Origin: Callorhinchus milii
Lineage: Eukaryota
Assembly (NCBI RefSeq): GCF_018977255.1
Contig: NW_024704742.1
Span: forward strand, 31,064,001 to 31,128,000
Length of the DNA: 64,000 bases
Direction of reading: 5' to 3'
Part shown: in pieces, positions 50,116 through 63,216 of the stretch
Numbering within the stretch: position 1 is the stretch's first letter
Layout: each line of letters starts with the position of its first letter
Notes under the pieces: model-generated
The model's input: only the letters and a program-made list of their open reading frames with translations
Databases searched by the model: none
What the model was told of the DNA's origin: nothing
Position numbers and translations under genes: made by a program

Positions 50116-51605
50116 CTGGAGAAAGCACATCACAATTTAATAAAACCAAAACCTCATATGAGTAGGAGTGCTATCTTCCATGCTTGCACTCAGCTTTATC
50201 ACACAATTAAAATAAATGAATTTTCCACCTATTTTATGGAGGCGATTTTCAGATGTGCTTTCGAAGAGAAAGATAATGAGTTTTCTGGAATTCATTGAAC
50301 ACACAGATCATACTCGTTCAAAACTGAAGAAGTTAAATTCCAAGATTAAAATATTTAGAATATGTGAAAAATGATCTGAATAAGGAGTTATGTACTGTAC
50401 TGTTTATAAATGTAACAAGAATGATCATTGCATTTGATATAGCGGCTTTCATATTAGGAAGACGTCTTCAAATTATTTACTGTATGGTGACTGTATCTTA
50501 TAGGAGAGTGCATTAGCCAATTGCACACAACAATGTCCCACAAACAGTAATAAACTGAATGTCCAAATTAAAGAAACTATGTTTGGGGAACAGATCTGAA
50601 CTCAAAATGATTAGCTAAATCTGTGAAGTTGCACTGAAAAGGTACCGAGTTTATTAATGCAAATGGTTCTTAAAACTTCAACTAATTAATCTTTGTACGT
50701 ATATTAGGAATGTAACCTCCATCCCACCTTAAAATCTTACCTCAATATTGCTAGGCAGGACTGAAAACACACATTTAAATCAAGCTTTAATTTAAGCCTC
50801 AGTCAGAATGGTGCAAATGTAAAATATAGAAATAAGCACTTCTAATCTCTCCCAAGTGTACACTTTATATACCATTAATCACTGAACTGCTAATTACCAT
50901 TTTTCATAAAGAGAAAACTAAGATGAAATGTGATATAATAACAACTAAGCATTTTTTCTTAATTTAAAATGTACCCGCAGTAGGTCTCTTACACCACTAT
51001 ATATTCCTTGATTGAAAAAGTAGATAAAAATAATATTAATAATAAGGGGCAGGCAATTATAGGAAGAAATTGAATTTGTGTCAAAACATCAACTCCTTTC
51101 TGTGTGTTTGTTTCAAATCCCTATTTCTGAAGAATAATCCTCATCTAAATACAGCACTTTCCACAGAAGGGGCAGCCACTCCTCTCCACCACTCTGGATT
51201 AGTTCTCACTATAGTTTGCACTCTTTCTCAAGTTTTGCTTTTGACAGTACACAGGAAGATTTTTGAAGAGTACACAGCAATATTTTGGCAAACGAATGAC
51301 TTGGATGTAGGAGCCCTATAAAATGACTCTGACACAGACTACAACTGACCAATATTTCATGCAACTATTTGCAAGGTTTTACTGACTAAGTCTTACGAAA
51401 CAGCCATTCATTCTTTGTGATACATTTTCACAAAAGGCTGGTCAATCAAGTTCTACAGAGGAACCCTATAGAAGGTTATTCTTGATAGATAGTAGATGTG
51501 CTGGAGCACACTTGGAAAACACAGTCCTAAGAATACATTAAGGTAATTAAGGTAATAACTAATTACAACTAAATCTCAAATAAGTTATACTTAAAATGTC
51601 ACTAC

Positions 51606-51747
51606 CATCTGTTTGTCTTTCTCTTGCACTATCAGGATGCTCTCTCCTTCTGAATCAATGCCAGCCCGACCAGCCCTGCCAACCATCTGTTTGTACTGAT
51701 TCCTCTTTAGAAAATCTCTGGCAATATAAGGCGATCTCAGAATAACC
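51606..51747 (-). CDS. HELQ: HELQ exon (human 10; helicase motif VI)
   Basis: [47 protein letters not shown]. Confidence 0.97.
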
Positions 51748-52261
51748 CTATAAAAACACAAAGAATAAGTAAACTGAGAATGTTACATTTTGAATTTCAA
51801 ATAGCAGTCATCTCAAAGAACAGCAAAAACAGAGTTTGATAATTCTTTGATTTATTCGGTCAATTTAATTTTCAGGTGAAGAATGTAATTGACTGATTAT
51901 TTCCTCATTGTTCCACATACATATTGCTAAGTCAGCAAAGACATTTCTCAGTGTCTGGAATGGAATACGTACTCTCTCCTTGGAGGGATGCTCCCTGCTT
52001 TCCCAATTCTGGAAAGTATTAGGTGCAAGGCTTGGGTGTGTGTTAGGCAATGCTGAGGTTTAACCAGCTAGTTTGGGCATCAATAATCCTTTATTAAAGT
52101 AATATTGACAATTCAAACCGTGATGAGAATAAATTGCATTCTTCCAGCATATCATTAGTATGTAAATGTCTTCAATTGCAAATAATGCATATGACTGATC
52201 CAACACTTTGCAATTTTCAAATTATGTTGTTTTAGATGTATCGTAATAAAGTGGCACTAAC

Positions 52262-52501
52262 CTTCGACCAGGGAGATTAACACCAGCAGCTAATGTTGAT
52301 GTACATGTTAGCACACAGAGTATTCCTGCAGAATAGGCCTCCTCTATAAGCCGTCTTTCATCATTTGTTAGGCCACTGTGGTGGTACGCTATTCCATATG
52401 GCACAGTTTTGCATAAAATGGGACAGATACTTCCATTTCCAATGTTTTTTAACTCTGCGATACAATCATGCTTTTCTTTCTTCTTCAGGTTTGCAAATGA
52501 T
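52262..52501 (-). CDS. HELQ: HELQ exon (human 9)
   Basis: [55 protein letters not shown]; 240 nt. Confidence 0.97.
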
Positions 52502-53747
52502 CTGGTAAAAAACATTGAATAGATTAATTTTGAAAACAAAACAGAATAATGAACACCAATGGCTTGATATTTCTCATGGTTTTAGCCTTAAGACCATTTT
52601 CTTAAGATCATGTAAGATTTTGGAAATTTCTTAAGTATGTTAGTGTAAAACTGAAAACTGGTTTCCACAATCCTTTCTTACGTGGTTCTAAATTGAGACT
52701 GAAATTAAGGAACCTGAATTGTTTGGAGGCTGCTTTAGCAGTGCAAGAAGATAAGAGAATTCTATTTACGTTCAGAGGAGATATTGAGGCAAGAATGTCA
52801 ATAGAAGTAGTAACAAGAAAGTAGTCATTGATTGCAAGTTAATAGTTCTTAAATTAGACTTGCAAGAAAAATTCCAAAAGTGAATCTTTGAAGAATTGAG
52901 ATAAACATTATGATTGAACCATTAAAGGGTACAGAGAAGATCAACATCTATTATAAATCCAGTACAATGCATAGGATGTGACAACAGCAACTTGCATTTA
53001 TGTAGCTCCCCACGCAGGGTAGTGTCCCAGAGCACTTGACTTTAGCTGTTGCATTGAGTGTAAATGTTATGTGGTGGGATCATCTGAAAACTAGTAAATG
53101 AATGCAGAATGAAATCAACAGCAAATGATTGGATATGACTGGATGATGAGGGGAGGCGATCTTTGATGTAGAGAAGTCACAAAATAGAAGAAAGCACAGA
53201 GCTCTATTTGAAGGAAAAATAGTTCAGAGGAAGAACCATCAACTACAGAATGTAAACAGCAATTTGAAAGGAAATTAAATCGACTTGAACATAAATTTGT
53301 TGGTAATTTGTTTACACTGCTAGATTGCGTCAAACGCTTTGTGGTCGACCAAGGCAATGATGAATAAATCATTAAAGATTCATATCTGGGTTTATTATTG
53401 AGAATTATCCTTACACTTGGTGTAGTGCCTTTCACGTCGGAGGGATGTCCCAAAGCACTTCACATGATATACTGTAAAATAGAGCGACTTACAATAGAGT
53501 GTGTGTGTTTTGTGGGTGAATTAGTCTCTAAGGTTCTGTTTCACATGGGCAATGAATGTATCAATTGTGCCATTGAATGTGACTTGAATGAACGATCAGA
53601 ATGGAGTGCCAATAGGCAGACAGCTGTGTGAACCAGCAGAAAGGAATATAAATGCTTGTGCAGTATATGCTTAGCTTGGTAACGACATCTGAGTGAAAAA
53701 AATGTAATCCAAGTTCCAGTTCAAATTCATATGCAATGCATACATAC

Positions 53748-53893
53748 TCGTTTAAATACTTGCAGAGCAGTTTGGCCACATTTTCACAGTTCTTTTTGGT
53801 GGGACAGAAGACAAGGCAGGAATACTTCGGAATAACTTCTGTCACCAGTGCAATCAGGTGATCTGGATCCACCTTTTGCATATTACTAGAATA
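53748..53893 (-). CDS. HELQ: HELQ exon (human 8)
   Basis: [48 protein letters not shown]; 146 nt. Confidence 0.96.
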
Positions 53894-55251
53894 CTACGGA
53901 AGAGAAAGTAGAAGAAATCAAATGTAAAAAATCTGATTAAAAGGAAGTACGTTTATACTGAAATGCCCATTAAGCTTTTACTTGCAGTCCTCACAAGAGA
54001 CGAGAGAGCAGAAGGCGATGAACAATAGAAAAAGCTCTCAATGGGAACAGTGACTAATGAAGTTCCATAGAGTTCCATCGTGGGCCCCTGCGGTTCAAAT
54101 TATTCATCAAAGACAGAGAACACTTCTCATAATATTTCAAAATTTGCTGGTAATATCAGGCTACTATGGATAGATTTACTGACATGAGGAAGATCTGGAA
54201 CAATTAAGCATATGACCCAAGGAATGGCTTTATGCAGATAGATGGATAAGGTAATGCTTATTGGACCAGTAAAGAGCAAATATGGTCTCTTGATGAAAGT
54301 GAGTCCATTAGCAATGATGTGAAGTAAAACGATTTGGGAGTGATTATTGATCATTCGCTGAACGTTTCTTGGCAATGAAAAGTGGCTATCAACAAAGCTA
54401 ATGAAATACTAGGTTACATCTTGAGCTCATTAGACTATAAATAAGAAGAAGTTACTTTAACCTTTTATAGATCACTTTGGGACCCTCTTCAATTATGAAA
54501 ACGAAAAGCTGCTGAGAAGGGAATTAAAGCTTCAACATGTTGCAATGCACTGCAATCAAAGGGAGCTAAAAATTTGAACATACCATTCCTTTCGCATAGA
54601 CCAAAGGAGGAACATTCATGTCATTGATGTTAACTGGCTACAAATAAAGCACCTTTACTGTGGTATTAGAGTCCATGTAAATTGTCATGTAATTTTCCAA
54701 AAGGCAGCATAATCTTCAATTTTAAGACAGTGGTCTTAAGGCTAAGACCATGTGAAATTTTAGGTATGTGTAAGTTTTTTTAAAGCAAAATGAAACTATT
54801 AATCACGATGCTGTGACGTTGTGAGTGTTTATTTGCATGTGCACCACAATATGTTCCTGATTGCAGGCAATGGTAGGGAGTTGGAGGAAAAAGAGCGTAT
54901 ATTACATAAATTGTCACATTACGCAGTGGAGAAATACATTATTAATTGGTCTGGGATTCATTCCAGTTTACATCCATCCAAGTGCGTAGATACATAACAG
55001 CTGATGCCTGGGAACCATTGAAAACAAGAACAATACCTTGCATTTCTATAATGCCCTTCACATAGGGGTCAGGCCAATACAAGTTATAATGAGTTACATA
55101 GAGTGATATGACACGGAAAATGGCCATTCGCAGAGAAGATTTGTTTAATGGTACTGCACAATCCTGCAAATTTACCACTACCACCATAGTAACTGAATAA
55201 TAACTATTCTAATCACTTTTGAAAGGTGAAGTATCTCACAACATTCTGTAC

Positions 55252-55350
55252 CTTATAATTTAAAACACGGGAAAACGTAAACCTGTCTTCAGTTTTGTTG
55301 TCCACCTCGTAAATACTATCGTGAATTTTTACATATTCTTTTAACTGGAC
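55252..55350 (-). CDS. HELQ: HELQ exon (human 7)
   Basis: VQLKEYVKIHDSIYEVDNKTEDRFTFSRVLNYK; 99 nt. Confidence 0.95.
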
Positions 55351-56351
55351 CTGAAAAGGAACATTTTAAAAATATTTAGCAAAAAATTTAAAAGTTCACA
55401 GTGAGAATTATTGTGCATTGATTCAACTTGGATATCAACAGCCTTGCAATAAATGACACAACAAGTTTGATCATTCGGTGATAATTTCACAGGCATCAAT
55501 TAGAAATAAGCATCAATGCAGTTCATCACACACACTGCAGCAGAACGAAAATCAGAAAATCACATGGCTTTGACAGAGCAGCAATGAGTCAGATTTTTAA
55601 AGCAGGGGGCAGCAAGGAGCTATGATGAGCACATTTTATAATTAATGATTATTCCCATGCAACCAGCATTCTCTGAGCAAATTCTAAGTGTTACATTATC
55701 CCGCAATGACATCCCTCACATTGATGAAGATGCAGTTCATTGAAACACAGAGTAAGGCACCATTATAATTTAGTAGTTCGGGTCCAGAATATCCTAACCT
55801 GCCTTAAAGCACATGAACAGGAAGAGGATATTTAGCTTCTCAAGCCTGCTCCATCATTTTCTTAGATCATGGCTGCTTAGTCATGGAGTCCAATCATCTG
55901 ACAGTGCTTCCTTGGCATGACACCACCAATTAGTGTTGTGTGAGTTAAGGCGGGGCAACGGGACCAAATGAACACCTTGTTCTGACAGCCAGTACAGACT
56001 TGATGGGTCGAAAGGCTTCTTCCTGTAATGTAACTTTCTATGATTCTATGAATGCCAGTCAGCCCCCAGTGCTATAAAATGGTTGACATCCGGGTCATCA
56101 GATTGCACCGCCAATACTTCCTGCACACTGTGCAGCAGGTTAGGTTGCACATTGTGATGATGTGCAACCAAAGTTACGAGTGTGCATCGTCACCTCCTGC
56201 GCGTGCGTAGCTCTGGAAGCTGTCCACAGGATCCACAGTGTAAGAGGACCATGTGATTCACTATAAAAATAAACCTACTATCTAAAGAAGCGCATTATAA
56301 TGGAGTTCTACCTTATTCCCCAATTGTAGCAACAGTTAAAGCTAACTTTTA

Positions 56352-56775
56352 AAAATAATCCTTGCATTTACATTTGATATAGCGCCTTATCACATTGTTG
56401 GGACCTTTCAAAGTGCTTCATAGGATTTACTGTAAAGTGGATTGACCGTATTTTGTGGTGAAACGTGGCAGCCAGTTTGTGAAAGGCAATGTCCCACAAA
56501 CAGCCATGGAGCGAATAACCAATTTTATGTTTGGGGGATTGTTGGCCAGGACACTGGAAGAAACTTTGAATAGTGCCATGGGATCTTTGATGTCCACCTG
56601 AACCGGCAGACGGGACCTCTTCTCATCTCTGACAATGAAACATTCCACAAGCACTGCACTGGAGTGTCAGCTTAGACTATGTGATTCAAAGTCCCGACAT
56701 TAGGCTTGAACTCAGGGCCTTGAACTCACCTTGTAACTCAGAGGCGAGAGTGCTACCACTGAGCAAGGCTGACAC
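56352..56775 (-). mobile_element. SacSINE1/DeuSINE-like SINE
   Basis: Full reverse copy; head ..gagagtgctaccactgagcaaggctgac. Confidence 0.85.
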
Positions 56776-57085
56776 CCAATTTGATGCAGTTTCCACATCA
56801 TGACAATAAACGTGTAATACAGTTCCGGTTTTAGAAACATACATTTTAGGTAAAGTTTCCTTCTCCAAGATGCTATACAGTAGAACCACGTGAACACAGG
56901 CTTTGTTATAACACCTATTTTCTTATAATAGGAATGACCTTTGGACCCATGGTAGAAGAGAGGATATATTAGTGTAGGTATGCAACTTGTAAGTTTACTA
57001 TATACAGCATTAGCCAAAATTGAAGTCATATTACATTTAAATGACTATCATGCAGAGAAGTTTTATTACTTTTCATCTTACTTAC

Positions 57086-57183
57086 AGGTCGAAAGTTATT
57101 GGTGTAATGTTCTGCGTCCAGAAAACGCTGCAAATCACCAACATTATTCAGGGTCGCACTCATTCCGATAATCTGTGTAATTT
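57086..57183 (-). CDS. HELQ: HELQ exon (human 6; motif III SAT)
   Basis: [32 protein letters not shown]; 98 nt. Confidence 0.97.
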
Positions 57184-57419
57184 CTAGAAAGTCGAAATAT
57201 TACAGTGAAATGGAGGGGGATAGTTGATGGGAATAGAATAGATGGGGGCTCAAGTGAAGCATAAACACTGGCACAGACTATATGAACTGAATGGCCTCTT
57301 TGCATGAATGAACACTCCATCCAATTCTGTGTGAATACATTGGGCTGGGTTCTAGCTCGTCTTTGAAAAAAGTGGTCTCGGAGTCAATTAATTAAAGAAA
57401 GTACTGAGTACTTGTACTC

Positions 57420-57760
57420 AGTGTATAGTGTATAGTGCCTTATATGTCAAAGAGTCTGAAAGTGCTTTACAGTAATTATCTTAATGTTATTGGTACTGTT
57501 TTTGGTAGACAAATCCATCAGTCACTTTATTTGAAAGGGTAATCTATGTTGGTCAGGATTAATGTCATAGGATCTTTATTGTCCACCAGAGGACAGGCAG
57601 ACAGAGACTTGATTAATGCATCATCCAAAGGATGGCACCTCTAACAAAGCAACGCTCCCCAAGTGCTGGAGTAAACAGCATATTCCAAGTCCTAAATGGA
57701 GCTTAAACCTACAACCTTGACCTTCAGGCAAGAAGGCTACCAAATTGAGCCAAGCTGAAA
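57420..57760 (-). mobile_element. Diverged SacSINE1-like SINE
   Basis: catccaaaggatggcacctc..gctaccaaattgagccaagctga. Confidence 0.65.
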
Positions 57761-58056
57761 CCTCGACTTCCATCCATTCCACAAGTGAATGTGAATCGCC
57801 CTACATCACTCTTAAGCACGTTTTAGTGACCAATTACATAAATCTTGGTCAAATCAAAGTTCTCTTGCTGCACTGCTGAACTGTAGCCCCTAGCAGATCA
57901 ATGAAGAAGGGACACAGATGATGTCAGTTAGAACAACAGACAAGACTGTCTTATCCCCCATAGCAAGGAAACTAAATGAATGCTTAGAAAAATAAGAGGA
58001 AGGTGAAATTAAGTAAGAACTGTTGGTCAGTGGATATATGTAATAACATTACATAC

Positions 58057-58129
58057 TGCTTGTGTAGAAAATTTTTGACAGAGTCATCTCTAGTATAGCT
58101 CCACGGCTTCCTTCACCGAGCATATGCAA
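58057..58129 (-). CDS. HELQ: HELQ exon (human 5)
   Basis: LHMLGEGSRGAILEMTLSKIFYTS; 73 nt. Confidence 0.96.
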
Positions 58130-58759
58130 CTAAGACGAAAAGGAACAAAAATAGCATTAATATATTTAACATTAGATACTGTGGAATAATCAACCCTTGA
58201 ATTCATATTGATATTCGTTTGTGACTGTTTTTTTCAAAAAGAAATTATGAACACGGAACATTAATTCATACACAGAGGAAATTTAACTGAAATATGCTGT
58301 TTGGGTTAAAAATGTTACCCTCTTTTATGATTTATTGGATACTCGCTCCATTACACTTTATAGCATAACATTCCATGTAAGGCATCAGTAAACAAGATAA
58401 ACGTAATGCTGAACCATCTTGCCAAATCAGTTAAACTCAGTTGAAAATAGCAATGGCAATAATTTATAAGATGGGCTTTGGTCACCCTTAAACACATAGA
58501 TCATCTGATCATCACTCATGTGAATTCAAACTGAAAGCGTATGTATCTAGCTCACTTGTTTCCACACGAGAGCACTGACTTGAACAGAACGACTTGAAAT
58601 TAGCTTTTTTCCCCCACTGACAAATTGTTAGGAGATAGAATATTCTGGACTTGATTTTCCCCATCTAAGAGCCTATAAAATTGACTGCGAAAAAAAAATC
58701 AGTAAAAGAACCAATTTTTAAAATAATTCAAAACACTTTTTCCTGACAATTATATAACA

Positions 58760-59127
58760 TAATAATTCTTGCATTTGATATAACCCCTTATCATGTCATT
58801 GAGGCGTTTCAAAGCGCTTCACAGAATATACTGTAAAGTAAATTTACCGTATATTTTATGGGCAAACCATGCCAGCCAATTGCAGACAGCAGTGTCCCAC
58901 AAACAGTCATGGATTGAGTGACCCAATTATTATTATTTATTTATTTTTCAAGGGATTATTACATCTGGAAAGTGAGCCACTAATCAACTAACTTCCTACT
59001 TACTGCAAGATAAACAGAGGCATGTGGAGTAAGGAAACTTCCCTAAAATTTTGCCCTGCCAGCAAATCAAATTTGGGTCCTCTTGCTCGCGAGGCGAGTG
59101 CTCTAACCAATATACTACAAGACTCCA
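58760..59127 (-). mobile_element. tRNA-derived SINE
   Basis: Reverse head ..gagtgctctaacc..ctacaagactcc; Deu-like body. Confidence 0.85.
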
Positions 59128-59689
59128 TAAATCATAAATTTAGATTTATAGTCTTCCTGTCATAACATAATCATAACAAAGGTATGATATAAGAAAAAAT
59201 GCAAAAGAGACATTTTGAAAATAGTGCCAAATTTTAATGTTATTTAACTAAAGAAGACTAATGGGATGTTCCAGGCTGCAACATATTTTCAGATGAGTAT
59301 AAATTATTTAAGCTTCATTATTTATGTCATTATCCAAACTCGAGTGGATTAATGACTTGTTGTATACTTCTAGACAAATTTTATCCTTGATGCAATTATT
59401 TTAAATAGTTGATTGAAATGATACTGTTAATTTATGCGAACTTAATAGTTCCACAAAATAGCAAACATCTTTAAGCTAAGTACAGGCCACATGACAGACA
59501 TTTTCCAGTATTCACAATTTAATTATAATAATAATACTTGCATTTGATATAGCACTTTATCACATCTTTGAGACGTCGCACAGCATTTCACGGAATATAC
59601 TATAAAGTGAATTGACTGTATAGTTTGTGGAAAAATATACTGATTATTATAAAAGTATCTATATAAAAGTATAAATTAGAATGTTTCAG

Positions 59690-59917
59690 TCCAGTGAAGT
59701 GAGAGATGCCAAGGAACTCTCTTCCTCAAAAGGCTGTGGATGTCAGATCCATTCAAATTTTCAAGACTGAGGTGGATAGATTTTTCTTAATGTAGGGTAA
59801 AAAGGAATATGGAGCAAAGGCGGGTATTTGAATTGATGTACAGATCAGCCATGATCTAATAGAATGACGGAACGGGCTTGAGGGGCTGAATGGCCAACTC
59901 CTGTTCCTATGTTCTTA
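59690..59917 (+). mobile_element. CR1 LINE 3' end
   Basis: ggaactctcttcctcaaaaggctgtgga..ttcaagactgaggtggatagatt..gggctgaatggcc..ctcctgttcctatgttc. Confidence 0.8.
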
Positions 59918-60250
59918 TTTATATTTTTACATTTACTGTTAAACACTTTGTTTCAGGTGTGAGACCAGAATTTTGTGTAAAACGTCAAACACTGGAATCT
60001 ATTATTTCTAATAGAATCATATCCTCAAAAAACAAAGATACTTTCTAAATCTATTTATTCCCCTTTTCTCTCCTCTCTTTAAAAAAAAAGGCATTTCCAC
60101 TTTTTACAGTCATTCCAGCTGACTATTTTACTAATACAAGTATGACAAATTGATTCCCTAACAATAAATGGGGTTAGAATTGGAAAATCAAAATTCTGTA
60201 TCTGTGCAATCCAATTTAAGTGTCAAAACAGCCTCTGTCAATAAACTTAC

Positions 60251-60451
60251 CTCATCTATTACAACAAGTCCCAAACTATTAATTCTTTCGGTTTCTATTA
60301 GGGAGTTCACCAAACTGTGAGCCTTCTCAATGGTGGCAATATACAGGGAATTCTTCTCTCTACGTTTGATTGGAGGAAACTTCCCTTTGCTCCCGGCATA
60401 TTCTTCCACCAAGAAATTAAATTCTACTCCAAAACCTGAGAGACCTCGGAC
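60251..60451 (-). CDS. HELQ: HELQ exon (human 4)
   Basis: [35 protein letters not shown]; 201 nt. Confidence 0.97.
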
Positions 60452-60517
60452 CTAACGGAAAGCAATCAGAAATTAAATAGAAGGCTACATCCTATTGGTT
60501 TGACATCAACAGGAAAT

Positions 60518-61092
60518 AAAATACCAGAGATGAGGAACTCCAGTTATGTGGAGAGACTCGAGAAGGTGGGATTGTTTTTCTTAGAGCAGATAAGGTTAAG
60601 GGGTTATTTAATAGAGGTGTTCAAGATTATGAGGAGCTTTGATAAGAGTAAATAAGGAGAAACCGTTTCCTCTGGCGGATGGAACAGAAATCAGAAGAAA
60701 CATTTACCAAAAGAACGAGAGAGGAGATGCGGATAATTTGTTTTATCCAGCGAGTTGTTATGATCTGGAATGCACTACCTGAAAGGTTGGTGGATGAAGA
60801 GTTGAGAATTGCTTTCAAAAGGTAATTGAAAAGAAAAAAATTGTAGGGCTATGGGGTAACAGAGGGAGACTGGGACTAGTTGGATAATAATAATCATCCT
60901 TGCATTTGATATAGCGCCTTATCACATCTTTGAGACGTCTCAAAGTGCTTCACAGAATATACTGAAAAGTGAATTGGCTGTATATTTTGTGGGCGTAACG
61001 CCTACTATATATTTTGTGGGATAGCCCTTTCAAAGAGCCAGCCCAGGCATGATGGGATGAACGGCTTCCTACTGTACTGTAAGATTCTATGA
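60518..61092 (+). mobile_element. CR1 LINE 3' end interrupted by an antisense SINE tail (about 60886-61020)
   Basis: ttcttagagcaga..atagaggtgttcaagattatg..ctggaatgcactacctgaaagg..tgtaagattctatga. Confidence 0.82.
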
Positions 61093-61351
61093 AAATACAA
61101 CATTTCTTCCTCCAATTGATTCATAGCCACATTACCTGGGCCAATGTAAACGTCCGGCAGCTATTTTTCCCGCGGAATCCGCTATAATTAGCACTCTCTG
61201 CTATAAACCCATTGAAAATGTAGTTTCTGACCCTGGGCCTCTTGCGCTATTTATCTGCCGTTACAGTGGATGGTGCAGCTTCAGCCAGACATGCGCGGTA
61301 CGGTGCAAGAGGGAAATGGGCTTCCCTACACTCAGAGGCCCCACTGTTGGG

Positions 61352-61735
61352 ATTGTCTGTGTGTGTCTCTCTTTCTATGTGTTTGTAAGTGTCTGTGTGA
61401 ATACTTTCTCTCTATGTGTGAGTTTCTCCATGTGAGTGTGTCTGTGTCTCTCTCTCTCTCCTCTGTATGTATGTGTTTGTGAGTGTGTCTGTGTGTATCT
61501 CTTCTATATGTGTGTTTATGAGTGTCTCTGTGTGAATGTGTGCATCCTCTCGACGTGAAAGGCTGTATACAAATGTAATTGTGTTGTTGTTGTATGTGTG
61601 TCTCTCTCTCTTCTGTCTGTGTATGTATATCTCTTTGTGTGTGTCTCTCTCTGAGAATGCATGTCTCTCTGTGTCTGTTAAGAAAGAGTGTGTGTGTCTG
61701 TGTGTGTGTGTCTCCCTCTCTGTGTCTCTGTGTGC
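61352..61735. repeat. Degenerate (TG)/(TC) microsatellite with an embedded L2-type tail (61549-61592)
   Basis: Direct inspection. Confidence 0.85.
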
Positions 61736-61805
61736 AGTGCTGGGCCCTGGAAATTCTAACTCCTTTAGAATGTCCCATATCTGATCTGATAACTTGGCTG
61801 ACTTG

Positions 61806-62155
61806 CCAACAACAATTTATATAACACCTTTCAAGTCAGAAAGATGTCTCAAAGTGCATTATACAACTGGCTGGGAGCTTGAGCTGTGGAGCCAGGGGTG
61901 GAGGTGGTGACTATAAGCTGTTGAAGAGATGTCTTAAGGTCCCATTTTGAAGGCAGGGAGGGAAGGGACAAGGGGTAGGGATTTCAGGAGTTCCAGAGAG
62001 CAGGGGTACAAATGTCTCAAAGCTTGCCCACTGATGCTAAGTACAGCAGGTAAGGAATATGAAGCAGACTACCGTTTGCTAAGCACAGGGAGCAGGCAAG
62101 GCTATGGAGGTATTTGAAAGCGGGACCAAGAATCTTGAACTTGATCCACAGAGGA
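61806..62155 (-). mobile_element. Diverged L2 3' fragment
   Basis: caacaacaa tail; ttgaaggcagggaggg; aagaatcttgaacttgat. Confidence 0.65.
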
Positions 62156-62688
62156 GTCAGCATTACGGTGGAGAATACTTACAGAACGACAATTTGTGCA
62201 TGTAAACCTAAATTTAGAAATCAAAGATAGCATAAAATAATGTAAGATGACATCTTAATGAAGTAGGAATATAAATTCCCAACTAAATTATAACACACTG
62301 CTTTCCTTGAAGGAAAAACAAATCTACAGTTCTGTTATTCTTAATTACTTATTTTAACTACAGAATATAACCCTTAATATATACTCCATTAAAGCTCACT
62401 AAATCCCTTAAAATTGCAGTAAGAAACTTTGGCAACAAAAAGTATCCCAGAAGATATTGTTGTAATTTTCTACTTTCAAATTGTACCAAAATGTGAATAT
62501 TACATCCTATTAGTCAGTCACTTGCCATGTGACTGACTAAATAGGTTGTAATATTCATAGATCATATAGTTGTGACTAAGTATTTACGATTTCTTTTTAA
62601 TATGCAGTACCATAATAATTCATCAATGCTATTTAAGTGCAGCAAGCAAAAACAAATTAAGTTGTAGGTTTCACTCTGCTTTCCTTAC

Positions 62689-62867
62689 CTTTTCTTGGAC
62701 AATAGCCACATACGGTAAAACAAACAGTACATCTCTCTTCCTGCACAGTAGCTCCTGCATGATCAAAATCTCAGCAACCAGTGTCTTCCCACCGCTCGTC
62801 GGCAGTGAATAAATTAGATTCTTTCTTTGCTGCAAGGATTCCAAAGTCAAACAAGTGTGTTGCCATT
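62689..62867 (-). CDS. HELQ: HELQ exon (human 3; Walker A)
   Basis: [59 protein letters not shown]; 179 nt. Confidence 0.97.
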
Positions 62868-63216
62868 CTGTGGAGTTTATCAAAAGAGCATTAGATTTTT
62901 GATTAGAAAATGTTAAATATTTCAGGAAATAAAAAATGTTTCATGTAAAAATAACAATGAATAGCAGTTTTTTTTGGACTAATTATAACGATTTGCAGGT
63001 CTCGTTGCAACCTGCATAATTTGTCAATATTCTCCTTTTTCTCCTCTCCTTAAAGCACTTCTACTCCAGCAGGCAGGCTGGCCCACCTGATTATCCTCTT
63101 TATGTGTCAAGATGGAGATTCGAGCATCAGCAGTCGAAGCCATCACATGAAGACCATCCGTTCTCAACCTGACACATGCTGATTTTTCAGCTCCCCAAAT
63201 AGCTTTAAAAATCTTT

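Larger units (their letters stand above)
40585..62867 (-). other. HELQ: HELQ (Hel308/POLQ-like SF2 helicase) gene, 3' portion with 16 coding exons (2372 nt); 5' exons outside the window
   Basis: Motifs [44 protein letters not shown]; exon sizes agree with those recalled for human exons 3-17. Confidence 0.97.

Noticed and set aside
60188..60250. HELQ motif II read as DEVS in the ORF track
   Set aside because: Intron read-through; the spliced sequence is DE|LH
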